A DNA stretch of 63,833 bases, counting the filler, from Octopus bimaculoides (Eukaryota): the NCBI RefSeq assembly GCF_001194135.2. It is 10 parts of 9 records of this genome, joined end to end, with 100 filler letters (N's around TTAATTAATTAA, not from the genome) between each part and the next. Parts side by side here need not be neighbours in the genome. Positions count along the whole stretch, not along the records: positions 1 to 9,031 come from NC_068981.1; positions 9,132 to 15,313 come from NC_068993.1; 8 more parts are not named here. The stretch is one strand, 5' to 3'. The notes beneath the pieces were generated by a model. It ran no database searches. It was not told the origin of the DNA and worked only from the letters and a program-made list of their open reading frames with translations. This document shows, piece after piece, positions 1 to 12,213 of this stretch; position 1 is the stretch's first letter, and each line of letters begins with the position of its first letter. A program made the position numbers and the translations under genes.

Positions 1-246
1 AATGTGATTGTTTCAGTTAGTGGAATAGTTTCATTTTTAAAGTGAAAGTATTTGACATGAGTGTTTTTGTTTCACTTTTGACACGTAATACTTAAATAGT
101 GGAGGAGATATTATGTTGCCGTGTGCTCGAACTCTACAAGAAGTTAATAATTTTTTTGGACTAAAACACAACTGGAACCCTAAGTAAGGCATGTGTAAAA
201 TTTGAATGAAATTGGTTGCGTAGTTCTCGAGTTTTAGGGATTCACA

Positions 247-308
247 CAGACAGACAGACAGACAGATATACCGACAGACAGACAGACAGACAGGCAGACA
301 GACAGACA
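247..308. repeat. (CAGA)n microsatellite
   Basis: Directly visible. Confidence 0.9.
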
Positions 309-458
309 CACATTCTCATTTTTATATATATAGATGTCATTCGTCAAGGATTGAATTTCACAATTTCTCCTTTTGAATGTCTTACATGTTAAAGTACTAC
401 TTGCTTCTACGATAGAAAAAAAAGAGGAAGATCAAAGCAAACAAACAAGAACTAACAA

Positions 459-670
459 AATATTGGTTTCAAATTTTGGCACAGGGCCAGCAATTTCAGG
501 GGAGGGGTTAAGTCAATAACATCAATCCCAGTGCACCTCTGGTACTTATTGTATCGACCCCGAAAGGTTGAAAGGTAAAGTAGACATCGACGGAGCTTGA
601 ACTCAGAACGTACAGACGGACGAAATACCGCTAAGCATTTTGTCCGGCGTGCTAACAGTGCTACCAGATC
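459..670 (-). mobile_element. tRNA-derived SINE, family B
   Basis: Shared core actggtactta...atcgaccccgaaagg.tgaaagg...gaactcagaacgta. Confidence 0.82.
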
Positions 671-1920
671 ACAGCCATATTCTTTAGGATATATTTGGCA
701 TTACACAACCAGGAAGAGGGAAGGAAGAGAGAAGTGGCCAAAGAGGAGAGAGAAAAGTCGACTGAAAGGCAAGATGGTCTCAGGTTGAACTGGTATAGCT
801 CATTACTTTCTGTTTATGGAGAAAAGTTTTGAGCGGTAGACGAGTGACTCGTTGCCTTGCAGTGGTGGGTTCAATCTGAGTCACATGAAAATTATTCTCT
901 TCAGTAGTTCAAAGTACTAATCAGTTGGAGTAAGAACCTCATCCGTCATCTCGTCATCACTGTAGACCCAGATGATAAAAAATACACTTGCTACATGGAT
1001 CATGGGTTTTGGGAAACGAATGAAAATGCATTGGTCTTGATTATTCGATTTATGCTGGATTTCGCACACACACGCGTAACAGCCTAGCGTTTATTTATTC
1101 TCTTGCAGGAGACCTTTCCATTACAAAGAACGACCATTTCTATCCCACAATTCTAACTCCAAACGCATAGCCTCAAACAACCCACCCAACATTCTCAACC
1201 GTCTAAACCTCATTTGTTTCCTTCTACAATCCCATCCAAATGCTCTATTATCCAATGGTGGCAGTTCTTCGTTCCTAAAGATCATGAGAGAGAGAGAGAG
1301 AGCGGCAAGCCCTTAAGTGCCTCTGTTAACTGATCCTTGAATGACAAGTTCCGGCACACTTGGGGCTTTGGTGAGACAGAGCGCGTGATGATGACTGTTT
1401 CCTTTTTCGGTGTTTCTCATATATCAGAAGGAGGTGTGGAGAGATTGCTTCCAGACCACTGGAAGTTATTTTGGGAAAGCCGGAGAAACTGCGGCGAATA
1501 TCATCTAATACTAGGTCGTCATCCGTCGCTACGCTGCCGGTAAAAATATTTGTTCATCATGCACGTACCTTTATATAATTGTTGAAAGTGAAAGTCTGTT
1601 TTAAAGTCTGTGTTGCATTGTTTATATGTTGAAAGACATTCAGAAATGCACGCGCGCGCACACACACAGAGAAAAAACTACATGTGTTATATATACATAT
1701 GGTCTTTCTTGCCTCAAGATCGCTGCAAGTTATTTTGAGAAGGCCAGAGCAACTGCTGCGGTTATTATCCTATTTTCCTATTACGAAACTATATATCAGG
1801 ATGCCGTATAACGGAATCTTACAATCTTTTCCAAGAACTCTGCAAAACAATCCTCTAATATTCCACATCACTACTCCACATGTCCACAATGCCACCCAGC
1901 AGCAACTCTATCTTACAATA

Positions 1921-2135
1921 TTCTTTTCTACTCTAGGCACAAGGCCCGAAATCTTTGGGGAGGGAGCCAATCGGTTAGATCGATGCCAGTACGCAACTGG
2001 TACTTAATTTATCGACCCCGAAAGGATGAAAGGCAAAGTCGACCTCAGCGGAATTTGAACTCAGAACGTAATGACAGACGAAATATCGCTAAGCGTTTCG
2101 CCCGGCGTGCTAACGTTTCTGCCAGCTCGCCACCT
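1921..2135 (-). mobile_element. SINE family B
   Basis: Full-length reverse copy with a ctactctaggcacaagg tail. Confidence 0.88.
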
Positions 2136-2870
2136 TTCTATCCTACAATGTTACCCCACATGTAGTCACATACTTGTTTGGCAGGGTTATTGGGGACTAA
2201 AATATAGCAATACAAACCACAACATATACGTCTTTATAAAAGATAAAGGTAAAGACCCCGTTCAGTCATGAATGTCCATGGGATTGCACCGAGAAAGTTC
2301 TCTTCTGAAGCACAAGTCCGGGCAAGGTTGTTTATAGAAGACAGCAGTCGCCCATGCATATCAGCCTCCCCTCTCCATGTCACCGATGTTATTCAAGGGA
2401 AAAGGCAAAGGGCGATACAGTTTGCTACCAATGGTAAAATTTGTGAACTAATACTGAATATAAAATGCTAGAAAAGAAGACAAGCAGTCATAAACAGAAA
2501 GTTGGTTGAACGTTGTGTAATCAACCAAGAAATATTTCTGACACATGCGAACGCTGTCAGGGAACTATAATGGCGACGAATCTGAAATATGCAAGAAGCC
2601 GGTTCTAAAACTAATATAAAAGTTAATATCTAACGAAGTATCAACATACTTACGCAAACGCCAACAAAAAAGTCATTTCTAAATAATCCAGGAAAAATAA
2701 CCATGACACTCACTTTGATAAAACTAGAAATACTGTTGTTAAATCCTTTCCAAACTTCACAAATCAGTTCAGAATGTATTTAAAAATAAAGGCTTCGAAT
2801 CATAGACATGTTACAAAAATTCTAAAAGTGCTTCAGTACAACTCAGCATTAAAGACGAGCTTTTGATATC

Positions 2871-3076
2871 CTTTCTACTATAGGCACAGGGCCTAAAGTT
2901 TGGGGGGAGGGGGATTAGTCAATTACCAGTGCATAACTGGTACTTATTTCATCGACCCCAAAAGGATGAAAGGCAAAGTCGACCTCAGCGGAATTTGAAC
3001 TCAGAACGTAAAGAAAAAGCGAAATGCCGCTAAGCATTTTGCCCGATGTAATAACGATTCTACCAGCTCACCGCCT
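2871..3076 (-). mobile_element. SINE family B
   Basis: Full-length reverse copy ending in the head taccagctcaccgcct. Confidence 0.85.
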
Positions 3077-3110
3077 TTAGACAGGCTTTTAATATTAATC
3101 ACAACAATAA

Positions 3111-3300
3111 GATGGCGAGCTGGCAGAATCGCTAGCACGTCGGGCAAAATGCTAAGCGGCATTTCGTGTGTCTTTACGTTCTGAGTTCAAATTCCTTTCA
3201 ACCTTTCGAGGTCGATAAAATAAATACCAGTTGAACACTGGGATCGATGTAATCGACTAAACTCCAAACTGCTAGCCCTGTGTCAAAATTTGAAACCAAT
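3111..3300 (+). mobile_element. SINE family B
   Basis: Head ggcgagctggcagaatcg (A-box-like), B-box-like GAGTTCAAATT, small internal deletion. Confidence 0.85.
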
Positions 3301-3462
3301 ATCACTCATAATATTCATGTATCTATAATTCAAGAAACACTCTCATAACCGGAACATAAAACAGCTTCCACTCCAACTGGGTTGTTTTATAACAAATACA
3401 TTAACACATTCATATATGTATTTGTGTGTGTATGTGTGTGTGTATGTGTGTTATGTATGTGT

Positions 3463-3494
<32 letters not shown>

Positions 3495-3519
3495 CGTACA
3501 CAGGCGTATATGTAACTCT

Positions 3520-3700
3520 GATCCCACGAATCATCCCATCAGTTTACTTTCTGCAACGGCAACGCCTTAACATTCTCACAAACACATAGTTGGAGAAAAT
3601 GAGACAAAACTGCACTCAACACGTTCTGGTTTTCAAATAGGACAGACAACAGAAGATGTAATATACTCCCTTTACATCCCAAACAATCCCTGCCAACTCA
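3520..3700 (+). mobile_element. Highly degraded non-LTR RT fragment
   Basis: PTNHPISLLSA followed in shifted frames by SGFQIGQTTED resembles the YRPISLL...QSGFRxxxSTxD motifs. Confidence 0.4.
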
Positions 3701-4855
3701 CACACACATATGCCTCGCCATGTTCACTATAATAACTCTTCCATAGACATCACCTACTGTTCTACACACCAAGCTGCCATAATTACTTTGCAAACAGTTC
3801 CTCAAGTTTCAAACTTAAAAGACCCACACTGGAACCAGTCCTTACAAGAATAGGAACAAAGTTTTACAGAACTCAACAACACTTTAATCATTAACATTTT
3901 TTTGTACATTAGAATGCATATATCTTACAAAATAATTATAGAAACAAAAAAACTAAAAGAAAAAAAGAACTAAAATGAAGAATAAGGGTGAAAGAAATAC
4001 AGAGAAAGGATATGAAAGAACAAAAACAGTGCACTATGCATCGTAAGTTAAGTACAGATCATCTACACAATAAAAGATACACACGAATATAAAAGAACAC
4101 TCGACATAATTTATAGTGGCAGTCTCTAACACAATATGAAAAACCAACTCTAAAGAACAGACACCGGCAGATCTCTTGAGCACTCCAACATTCACATCTT
4201 AAAAACACTTTTTCTTCTACAAGCACGAAGGTGACATACACACAAAAAAGGCTGTAACATCAATAACCTCACTTGTCTCAAACACCCAGCTGAGACGTAC
4301 ACCACAAACAATAAGTTCAAGAACAGAAACTGTGGTGTTCTGACCGGGTCCACATTCCGCACTCAGCTGTAACCACCATAAAAAGCTGCGAGAATACAGA
4401 AGTTGTCTGGATAGTGGAGAGAGTACAATATGTCCAGATTGTTATATGCGATTCTGTACTGTATGGCATAGTGGAATATGGTCTTTAGCTTGTCGATGCT
4501 ATGGTATATATAACTGGCATCTGTGCCGTAACTCGATGTTTGACCGTCTGCTTGCATGCGATATAACTGCTCGATCAGAACTGAACTGGGACTATATAAT
4601 AACAATGACAAGAGCAACAGTAGTAACAGCAACAACAAGAAAAACAGTGATAACTACTACTGAGTCGCTTTAATTGTTAGAAACCCTCCCCCCCCCNNNN
4701 NNNNNNNNNNNNCCCCCCCCAGTCAAATGTCTCTTATAGCATGCTCTACCGTTATAAAATTGGAAATACATTTGACAATGCATTCCTCGAAATTCACAAA
4801 AAGACGGATTGATTACAACTGAATTGCCTATGATTATAGGTCAGCTTGACTATGG

Positions 4856-5152
4856 TTGTTGCTGTTGTTGGCACTCCGTCGCTTACGACGTCGAGGGTTC
4901 CAGTTGATCCGATCAACGGAATAGCCTGCTCGTGAAATTAACGTGCAAGTGGCTGAGCACTCCACAGACACGTGTACTCTTAACGTAGTTCTCGGGGATA
5001 TTCAGTGTCACAAGGCTGGCCCCTTTGAATTACAGGCACAACAGAAACAGGAAGAAAGAGTGAGAGAAAGTTGTGCTGAAAGAGTACAGCAGGGTTCGCC
5101 ATCATCCCCTGCCGGAGCCTCGTGGAGCTTTAGGTGTTTTCGCTCAATAAAC
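4856..5152 (-). mobile_element. SINE-like repeat, family C
   Basis: ggcactccgtcgcttacgacgtcgagggttccagttgatccg... is nearly identical to 62657-62888. The orientation is inferred from the (AAC)n-like end being the 3' tail. Confidence 0.8.
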
Positions 5153-6041
5153 ANNNNNNNNNNNNNNNNNNNNNNNNNNNNNNNNNNNNNNNNNNNNNNN
5201 NNNNNNNNNNNNNNNNNNNNNNNNNNNNNNNNNNNNNNNNNNNNNNNNNNNNNNNNNNNNNNNNNNNNNNNNNNNNNNNNNNNNNNNNNNNNNNNNNNNN
5301 NNNNNNNNNNNNNNNNNNNNNNNNNNNNNNNNNNNNNNNNNNNNNNNNNNNNNNNNNNNNNNNNNNNNNNNNNNNNNNNNNNNNNNNNNNNNNNNNNNNN
5401 NNNNNNNNNNNNNNNNNNNNNNNNNNNNNNNNNNNNNNNNNNNNNNNNNNNNNNNNNNNNNNNNNNNNNNNNNNNNNNNNNNNNNNNNNNNNNNNNNNNN
5501 NNNNNNNNNNNNNNNNNNNNNNNNNNNNNNNNNNNNNNNNNNNNNNNNNNNNNNNNNNNNNNNNNNNNNNNNNNNNNNNNNNNNNNNNNNNNNNNNNNNN
5601 NNNNNNNNNNNNNNNNNNNNNNNNNNNNNNNNNNNNNNNNNNNNNNNNNNNNNNNNNNNNNNNNNNNNNNNNNNNNNNNNNNNNNNNNNNNNNNNNNNNN
5701 NNNNNNNNNNNNNNNNNNNNNNNNNNNNNNNNNNNNNNNNNNNNNNNNNNNNNNNNNNNNNNNNNNNNNNNNNNNNNNNNNNNNNNNNNNNNNNNNNNNN
5801 NNNNNNNNNNNNNNNNNNNNNNNNNNNNNNNNNNNNNNNNNNNNNNNNNNNNNNNNNNNNNNNNNNNNNNNNNNNNNNNNNNNNNNNNNNNNNNNNNNNN
5901 NNNNNNNNNNNNNNNNNNNNNNNNNNNNNNNNNNNNNNNNNNNNNNNNNNNNNNNNNNNNNNNNNNNNNNNNNNNNNNNNNNNNNNNNNNNNNNNNNNNN
6001 NNNNNNNNNNNNNNNNNNNNNNNNNNNNNNNNNNNNNNNNN

Positions 6042-6089
<48 letters not shown>

Positions 6090-6588
6090 AACACACGCGC
6101 ACGCACAATAGTGATTTCTAATTAAGGCACAAGTGTAACAATTTTGAGAAGTAGGTTGCTGGCTGATACCAACGACTCCAGTACTTGACTGCAAACACTC
6201 ATGCGAACACATTCAACATGTATACAGATGCATACATGAATATATTCGAATAGACATGCTCATTTGTGAATACTACACATATACAACACACACATACACG
6301 AACGTCGGACGTGATAAAGCCTATCACTGCAGAAAGAGACTCGGGAGAAAAAAACCTCCACATTGACTTGTGTAAATATACAATTTTCTATACTTTGACT
6401 GTGTTCTGTCAGTCATAATTTTGTTTGTTGCTTTTTTTTTTAACCGTATATGGCGTTTTCAGGCCTGCAGTAACAAAGAACGCAAGCCATATTTTTTCCA
6501 ATCAACTAATACTCATGATGGGGAAATTTGCTTCTCTGTTTTTGGTATGAAACATTACAATAACAACATTAATTAGCTATCATGAGAC

Positions 6589-6589
<1 letters not shown>

Positions 6590-6640
<51 letters not shown>

Positions 6641-6813
6641 TGTTCAATCTATTAACTAACATATGAATGCTTGTTATTTCTGACTTACAAAATTTTATTG
6701 GAAAATTGTATATATGTACACACATACATATATACACATGTGAACATATACATGTACATACGCATGTCTTTTACACACACACACACACACACACACACTC
6801 ATGTGTGTGTGTG

Positions 6814-6869
<56 letters not shown>

Positions 6870-6870
6870 C
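6590..6870. repeat. (AAT)n followed by compound (CA)n/(TA)n microsatellites
   Basis: Directly visible. Confidence 0.85.
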
Positions 6871-6871
6871 C

Positions 6872-6911
6872 GGCCATGACGAAGGGAAATAGCCCTGAAA
6901 CTCGAGTCGCC
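6872..6911 (+). ncRNA. Minimal type I hammerhead ribozyme motif with one core lesion
   Basis: GGC-C(A)UGACGA-AGGG aaauag CCCU-GAAA-CUCGAG-UC-GCC: 3-bp stem I, 4-bp stem II, palindromic stem III and a UC cleavage site. Confidence 0.65.
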
Positions 6912-7240
6912 TTTATATATATATATTTATATTTATATATTTATATATTTGATCCTTTATATTGAACACTCAATATTTCATCTAGATTCAATACTTTCTT
7001 TCATGGTGCTATCCATTTTTATTTTATTTTATTTTATATTGTATATCATATTATATATTGTATATTCCATATTCTATACCCCACATTAGTTCTGCAGGAA
7101 TATAAATAAAACATAAAAAACAGACAGTGTTGGAACTCTTTTAAGCAAAATAATATATTCCTCTATACACAATCATACAAAAACCCCCACCTTTTTTGTA
7201 TTTATTTTTACTCGCATATATATATATATATATATATATA

Positions 7241-7605
7241 TAGGATGTCCCCAAAGTCACTGATGGGTTCTTAATTTTTAATAACTTCCTTAACCATACA
7301 AATAAATGCATGAAATTTTGAAGCAATATAAAATCAGAGAAGTAGGGTCTGAAAATCTTGAGGGTGTTATGGTGCAAGTTTTGGAAAGAGCACGAGCGTA
7401 CGAAGCCGAAAATGGCTGCCATTTAAGCGGTGTGGTTTTTCCTATGTGATGTAGTGGTGTTGCGAAATTTATTATAATGTATTTGACTTGTGCATATTAA
7501 TTTCCCTTATGTCCTTTATATTGTATCAAACTTTTATGTATTTATTTGTAAAGTTAAAGAAGTTATTAAAAATTGAATTCCATTAGTGACTTTTGGAATA
7601 CCCTG
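7241..7605. mobile_element. Tc1/mariner-type MITE
   Basis: About 50-bp imperfect TIRs (taggatgtccccaaagtcactgatgg...aatttttaataacttc versus reverse complement cagggtattccaaaagtcactaatgg...aatttttaataacttc) with TA flanks. Confidence 0.75.
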
Positions 7606-7661
7606 TATATATGTATGTAGAGGGCGCGATAGGAAACTGTCACCATTTTCTATTTCTATTT

Positions 7662-7673
7662 TGCGCATGCGCA
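7662..7673. promoter_or_regulatory. Perfect NRF1/erect-wing-type palindrome TGCGCATGCGCA
   Basis: Motif match only; no linked gene identified. Confidence 0.2.
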
Positions 7674-7859
7674 TTGTTTGTTTTTGATTTTGTCGACTAC
7701 ACAGTATAGTAGGGTTAGCTGGGCACCGTCTGTGAGAAAAACAGCACATGACGCAATTCACTGCCCTGAGTCAAGTGGGTGGTTGCTGGAAGACCCTATG
7801 CCTGCCAACAGGGCTCTGTACCGTGCCACACAAGCAGGAGAAGCCAGTTAAGGTTGTCA

Positions 7860-8095
7860 GACAATTCCTGCGACCACATCTCCCCTAACATCTGGCCACC
7901 TAACTCCCCAGACTGCAACGCCCTTGATTATTATATGTGGGGCGCATTTGAGCGAGAGACCAACAAAACTTGTAGCACTGAAGATGAACTGAAGACAAGG
8001 NNNNNNNNNNCAAGGAGACCGTCTAGAAGAGTTGCAGGAGATTCAGAAGTCGTCTGGAGGCTGTGGCTGAAGCCAATAGTGATTTTATTGAATAA
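7860..8095 (+). mobile_element. Tc1/mariner transposase C-terminal remnant
   Basis: IWPPNSPDCNALDYYMWG matches the conserved WPPxSPDLNPxD motif. Interrupted by a 10-N gap. Confidence 0.8.
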
Positions 8096-8295
8096 ATTTA
8101 CTCTTTATTATTTCAAGATATTTTATTGGAATTTTGGTAAATATATCTGTTAAAATGAGATATCAGTGTTATTTTCATTTTTGCGTAATTTTGACAGCAG
8201 TTTATATATATATATAAAGCAGTTGTATGCTGTCAACTTAATGTAACAGTCCCATGAAGGGAATAATACTACTGCTATTTAGCCCTAGGAAGCTG

Positions 8296-8676
8296 CACCA
8301 TCTTGAAGGGTTTTAATCGAACAAATCGAACCCAGAATTATTTTTTAAGTCTAGCACTTATTCTATCGTTCCCTTTTGCCGGACCGCTATGTTACTGAGA
8401 CGTAAATACCGGTTGTCAAGCGGCGATGGGAGGGCAAACACAGACACAAAGACAAACACACATACATGTATACGACGGGCTTCTTTCAGTTTCCGTCTAT
8501 CAAATCCACTCACAAGGCTTTGGTCGGTCCGAGGCTATAGTAGAAGACACTTGCCNNNNNNNNNNTTTGGTCGGTCCGAGGCTATAGTAGAAGACACTTG
8601 CCCACTGTGCCACGCAGTGGGACTGAACCCGGAACCAGGTGGTTGGGAAGCAAGCTTTTTACTACATTTCACTGGC
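8296..8676 (-). mobile_element. tRNA-derived SINE, family A
   Basis: Contains the shared core gacgggcttctttcagtttccgtcta...ggctatagtagaagacacttgccc seen in at least 10 other copies. Confidence 0.85.
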
Positions 8677-8694
8677 GTATATGTTATTTTGTTT

Positions 8695-9031
8695 GACTGT
8701 GTATGTGTGTGTGTGTATGTTTACGCGTGTGTGCGTACGAGTGTGTGCGTATGTGTGTGTATGTGTGTGTATGTATGTGTGAGTGTGCGTGTATATGTGT
8801 GTATGTAAGTGTGTATGTAAGTGTGTATGTGTGTATGTGTGTGTGTATGTGTGTGTGAGTATATGTACGACTGTGTGTGTGCGTATGTGTGTGTATGAGT
8901 GTCTGCGTGTGTATGAATGTGTGTGTGTGCGCATAAGTGTGTACGTATGAGTGTGTATGTATGTGTATGTGTGTGTTTGCGTATGTGTGTGTGAGTGTCT
9001 GTGTGTATGAATGTGCGTGTATGTGTGTTCG
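8695..9031. repeat. Degenerate (TG)n tract
   Basis: Directly visible. Confidence 0.9.
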
Positions 9032-9131
9032 NNNNNNNNNNNNNNNNNNNNNNNNNNNNNNNNNNNNNNNNNNNNTTAATTAATTAANNNNNNNNNNNNN
9101 NNNNNNNNNNNNNNNNNNNNNNNNNNNNNNN
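9032..9131. other. Assembly spacer: 44 N + TTAATTAATTAA + 44 N. The 12-mer occurs at 9076, 15358, 36832, 43735, 50242, 52319, 56622, 59997 and 62157
   Basis: The identical 12-mer, which has stop codons in all six frames, is centred in nine 100-bp N blocks. Confidence 0.95.
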
Positions 9132-9532
9132 ATATACACATGCATATATACGAAGTGAAATGAAAATGGAAGAAAAACAGAAAACATATGACAGAAGCCT
9201 TTTTTTTTTCCTACCAAGTTTTAAGAAACTATCGTTGTTATAGTCTATCGTCGTGGTTGCTGCAGCTAAGCTCAAGAAGTAATCTGGTAAATAGCTACAC
9301 CGGTGCATCACGTGTAGCTTAATGCCGTATATCGAATGCATGTGTGCAGTAAGTAAATAGATATTGAAACAAGCAAACAAACGCGCCAAGAAAGAGTGAG
9401 AGAGAGAGAGGAAGGTGAGAGTGACAGGGAGAGAGAGAGATTGAAAAACAGATTCAAAGACTGAAAGAATGAATAGAATGTCAGAATGAATGAAACGAAA
9501 CAAAGAGTGGCAGAAAGATATAAAGATGTAAA

Positions 9533-9625
9533 TACTTTTCTACTCTAGGCACAAGGCCTGAAATTTTTGGGGTGTGAGGGGGACAGTCAATTGGATCGAC
9601 TCCAGTGCGCAACTGGTACTTCATG
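9533..9625 (-). mobile_element. SINE family B, tail fragment
   Basis: cttttctactctaggcacaaggcc...gcaactggtactt. Confidence 0.75.
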
Positions 9626-11084
9626 TTATGTATCTGGTGGAATTTCGAGGGGTTGTTGCGCTTTGAATTTGTCTCGGATATTCATGATTAGAAGGAATTA
9701 CTAAAGAGATTTTGAAAGAGTTTGTGCATCCAGATAGCGATGCGTGCAGGGGATGACACAATGTGATATAGAAATTTAAAGATTGTGAAATATCTGGCTT
9801 CTGATCCAATTGCTTCAATGTAGTTTGAGTTTGAAAGTCATGAGCAAGTGTGAGTATTCAATTTACCGAAAAGGATGAAGGAAGAGAGAGATGTCCTCAA
9901 TGCAAGAGTAGATATGGCTGAAGTGTTGTTCGTGGTTAGAGCTGTTTGCAGAGCATTAGAGGAAGCAGCTGTTTCGGGAAGAGTGAGAAAAGAAGACTTT
10001 AAACTTGAATTACTAGAAATCAGTATCCAGGTGATAGAGATGATTGACAAGGATTGAAGTCCACATATGCGCAAATACCACCTTTTGCCCAGTAGGATTT
10101 TAATTCTAACTTTCTTGTTTTCTTTCTTTGTTTAGTTTTGTTTTTTGTTTTGTTTTGTTTCTGCATTTTGCAATAGGTCAAGACAGAATCTTATTGGAAA
10201 TCGGGTCACGATCCCTCTGCAGAGCAAAATCTGTTGGGCTATTTCATTGTGGTTGAAACTAGGCACCAAGATTCACCTAGCAGCTACAATAGAATACTGT
10301 GGGGAGATTCTATGCTATATATAAGCAAGCTACGTGACAAGAATATGTAAGTATATATATATATTCATATATGCGTGTGTGTTTGTGTGTGTGAGTGAGC
10401 ATATGTGTGTCACTGTTATATAAATGCATATATATATTTGTATGTGTGTGTATGCATGAATGCGTGCATATGTGCGCGCGCGCATGCGTGCCTCTGTGTG
10501 TGCGTGTGTGTGTGTGGTAAATACGTATATAAGTATACACACAAACACGTCTGAATTTGTACATTTTTGTTGTTGTTGCTGTTAATGTTCTTTAGTCCGA
10601 GGCCAACTAACAACAGCAGAACTGTGATTAAATGCGTTCTATCCGTGACCAGCTAGTCTTGTGTCATTTTGATGATTTTTAACTGTTATTATAATCTGAC
10701 TTGTTCCTTTAAAACTATGATCGGATCTGGTGGTTCAAAGCAGAATATTTTTTTACTATATTAAAGACAAAAAGAGATAGAGTTTCTTTTCTTTTATGAG
10801 AGAATATAAAGACACTGCAAGTGAGAGGTGAAAAGCGTCTTCCATCATCTACATAGGAATACAGCATTTCAATGTGCAGAGGTTGAAAATCTCACCCGAT
10901 GTGATGTCGTAATTGTCTCGCTCTACTGGATTGATGCCAAAGCTTCTTGGGTGATACATGAAGATGATTCGATTCTGATGTTACGTCACTCAGTTTGTTA
11001 GTTTGTCAGTGAAGATGGATAGAGCAGAAAATACAAAGAAGCGATTGTGTGTGTACGCGTGTGTGTATAGATAGGTAGAGATCG

Positions 11085-11091
11085 ATCGATC

Positions 11092-11139
<48 letters not shown>

Positions 11140-11141
11140 CA

Positions 11142-11173
<32 letters not shown>

Positions 11174-11496
11174 GAGAGAATGAAAGCTTTATTTTTCATA
11201 TTTATCTCCATCTTACTCGTACGAAGGTATCTATATGTATAAAGATAAATACAATCATGAGGCTAGAGAGAGAAAGAGAGAGGGAGAGAGAGAAAGAGAG
11301 GGGGAGAGAGAGAAAGAGAGGGAGATGAGGGAGAGGAAGAAAAAAGACAGAAAGAGAGAACGGAAGATAAATAGCTAGACAAATATATAGACAGAAAATA
11401 GACAGAGAAAGAGAGGGGGAGAGGTAGAGGGGATGGTGGGAGGGTGAGAGGAGAGAGATAAATAGATAGATAGGCAGAGAGAGGGGAAGGGAGGAG

Positions 11497-11558
<62 letters not shown>

Positions 11559-11700
11559 GAAAGACAGAAANNNNNNNNNNTAGATAGATAGATAGATAGA
11601 TAGGAAAGACAGAAAAAAAAGATAATATAGACAGAACGACAGACAGACAAGCAGACAGCCACGCAGCCAAATAGCAAGACAGCCAGACAGCAAGACAGAC
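11085..11700. repeat. (GATA)n/(CATA)n, purine-rich (GA)n and (GACA)n low-complexity block
   Basis: Directly visible. Confidence 0.9.
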
Positions 11701-12174
11701 ATGCAGCCCATATCAAACCTCGAACACGAAAACACTTCTATCAGGTATTTCATTTACTTTCAATTTCCACTCAAATGTCAAACTTTATATATTATTCTTA
11801 ATTGGTGCGAATATTTATATGGAGGTGCCTTATACTTTTAAGCTACCAATATATGACACAATTATGGCAATTTTTACAGAACAATAGCTGGTTCTATGTT
11901 GCTTTTTCATTCTAGCGTTTATTATTTTTTTTAATTTTTAATTTTTAATTTTCCGATTTTGTTTTTGGTTTGACTTTCAGTTCTGTAAACATAATTACTG
12001 AAATAATTATTAAAATACATTTTTCCCAATTGTCTGTCAGTGCTTAAAGTGAAAATGGCAATCACTTTAATTGAAACGCATAACGAGGTTTTCTTGGAAT
12101 AATAGTCCTAATAATCTTGTCAACAAATTGAAGCTGCGTACAACCGTCTGTGCTTCATCCTTTCTCCCTTCCTA

Positions 12175-12213
<39 letters not shown>

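Noticed and set aside
4363-4673. Overlapping ORFs, one with CPDC..FC..WH reminiscent of an IBR zinc finger
   Set aside because: The Cys spacing is incomplete, there are no convincing splice sites, and the start comes from a (GTT/CAA)-type repeat.
4943-6212. Long ORFs of 300-425 aa in the track (also 12-14 kb, 46-47 kb, 51-55 kb, 58-61 kb)
   Set aside because: They consist of N runs (X) and dinucleotide repeats (HTHT, YIYI, CVCV) and are not real coding sequence.
8518-8602. Direct duplication tttggtcggtccgaggctatagtagaagacacttgcc inside a SINE
   Set aside because: The two copies flank a 10-N gap, which is typical of unmerged overlapping contig ends.
9621-10074. Paired short ORFs on both strands in unique-looking sequence
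   Set aside because: No recognisable motif. Probably a decayed retroelement, but I cannot support a call.
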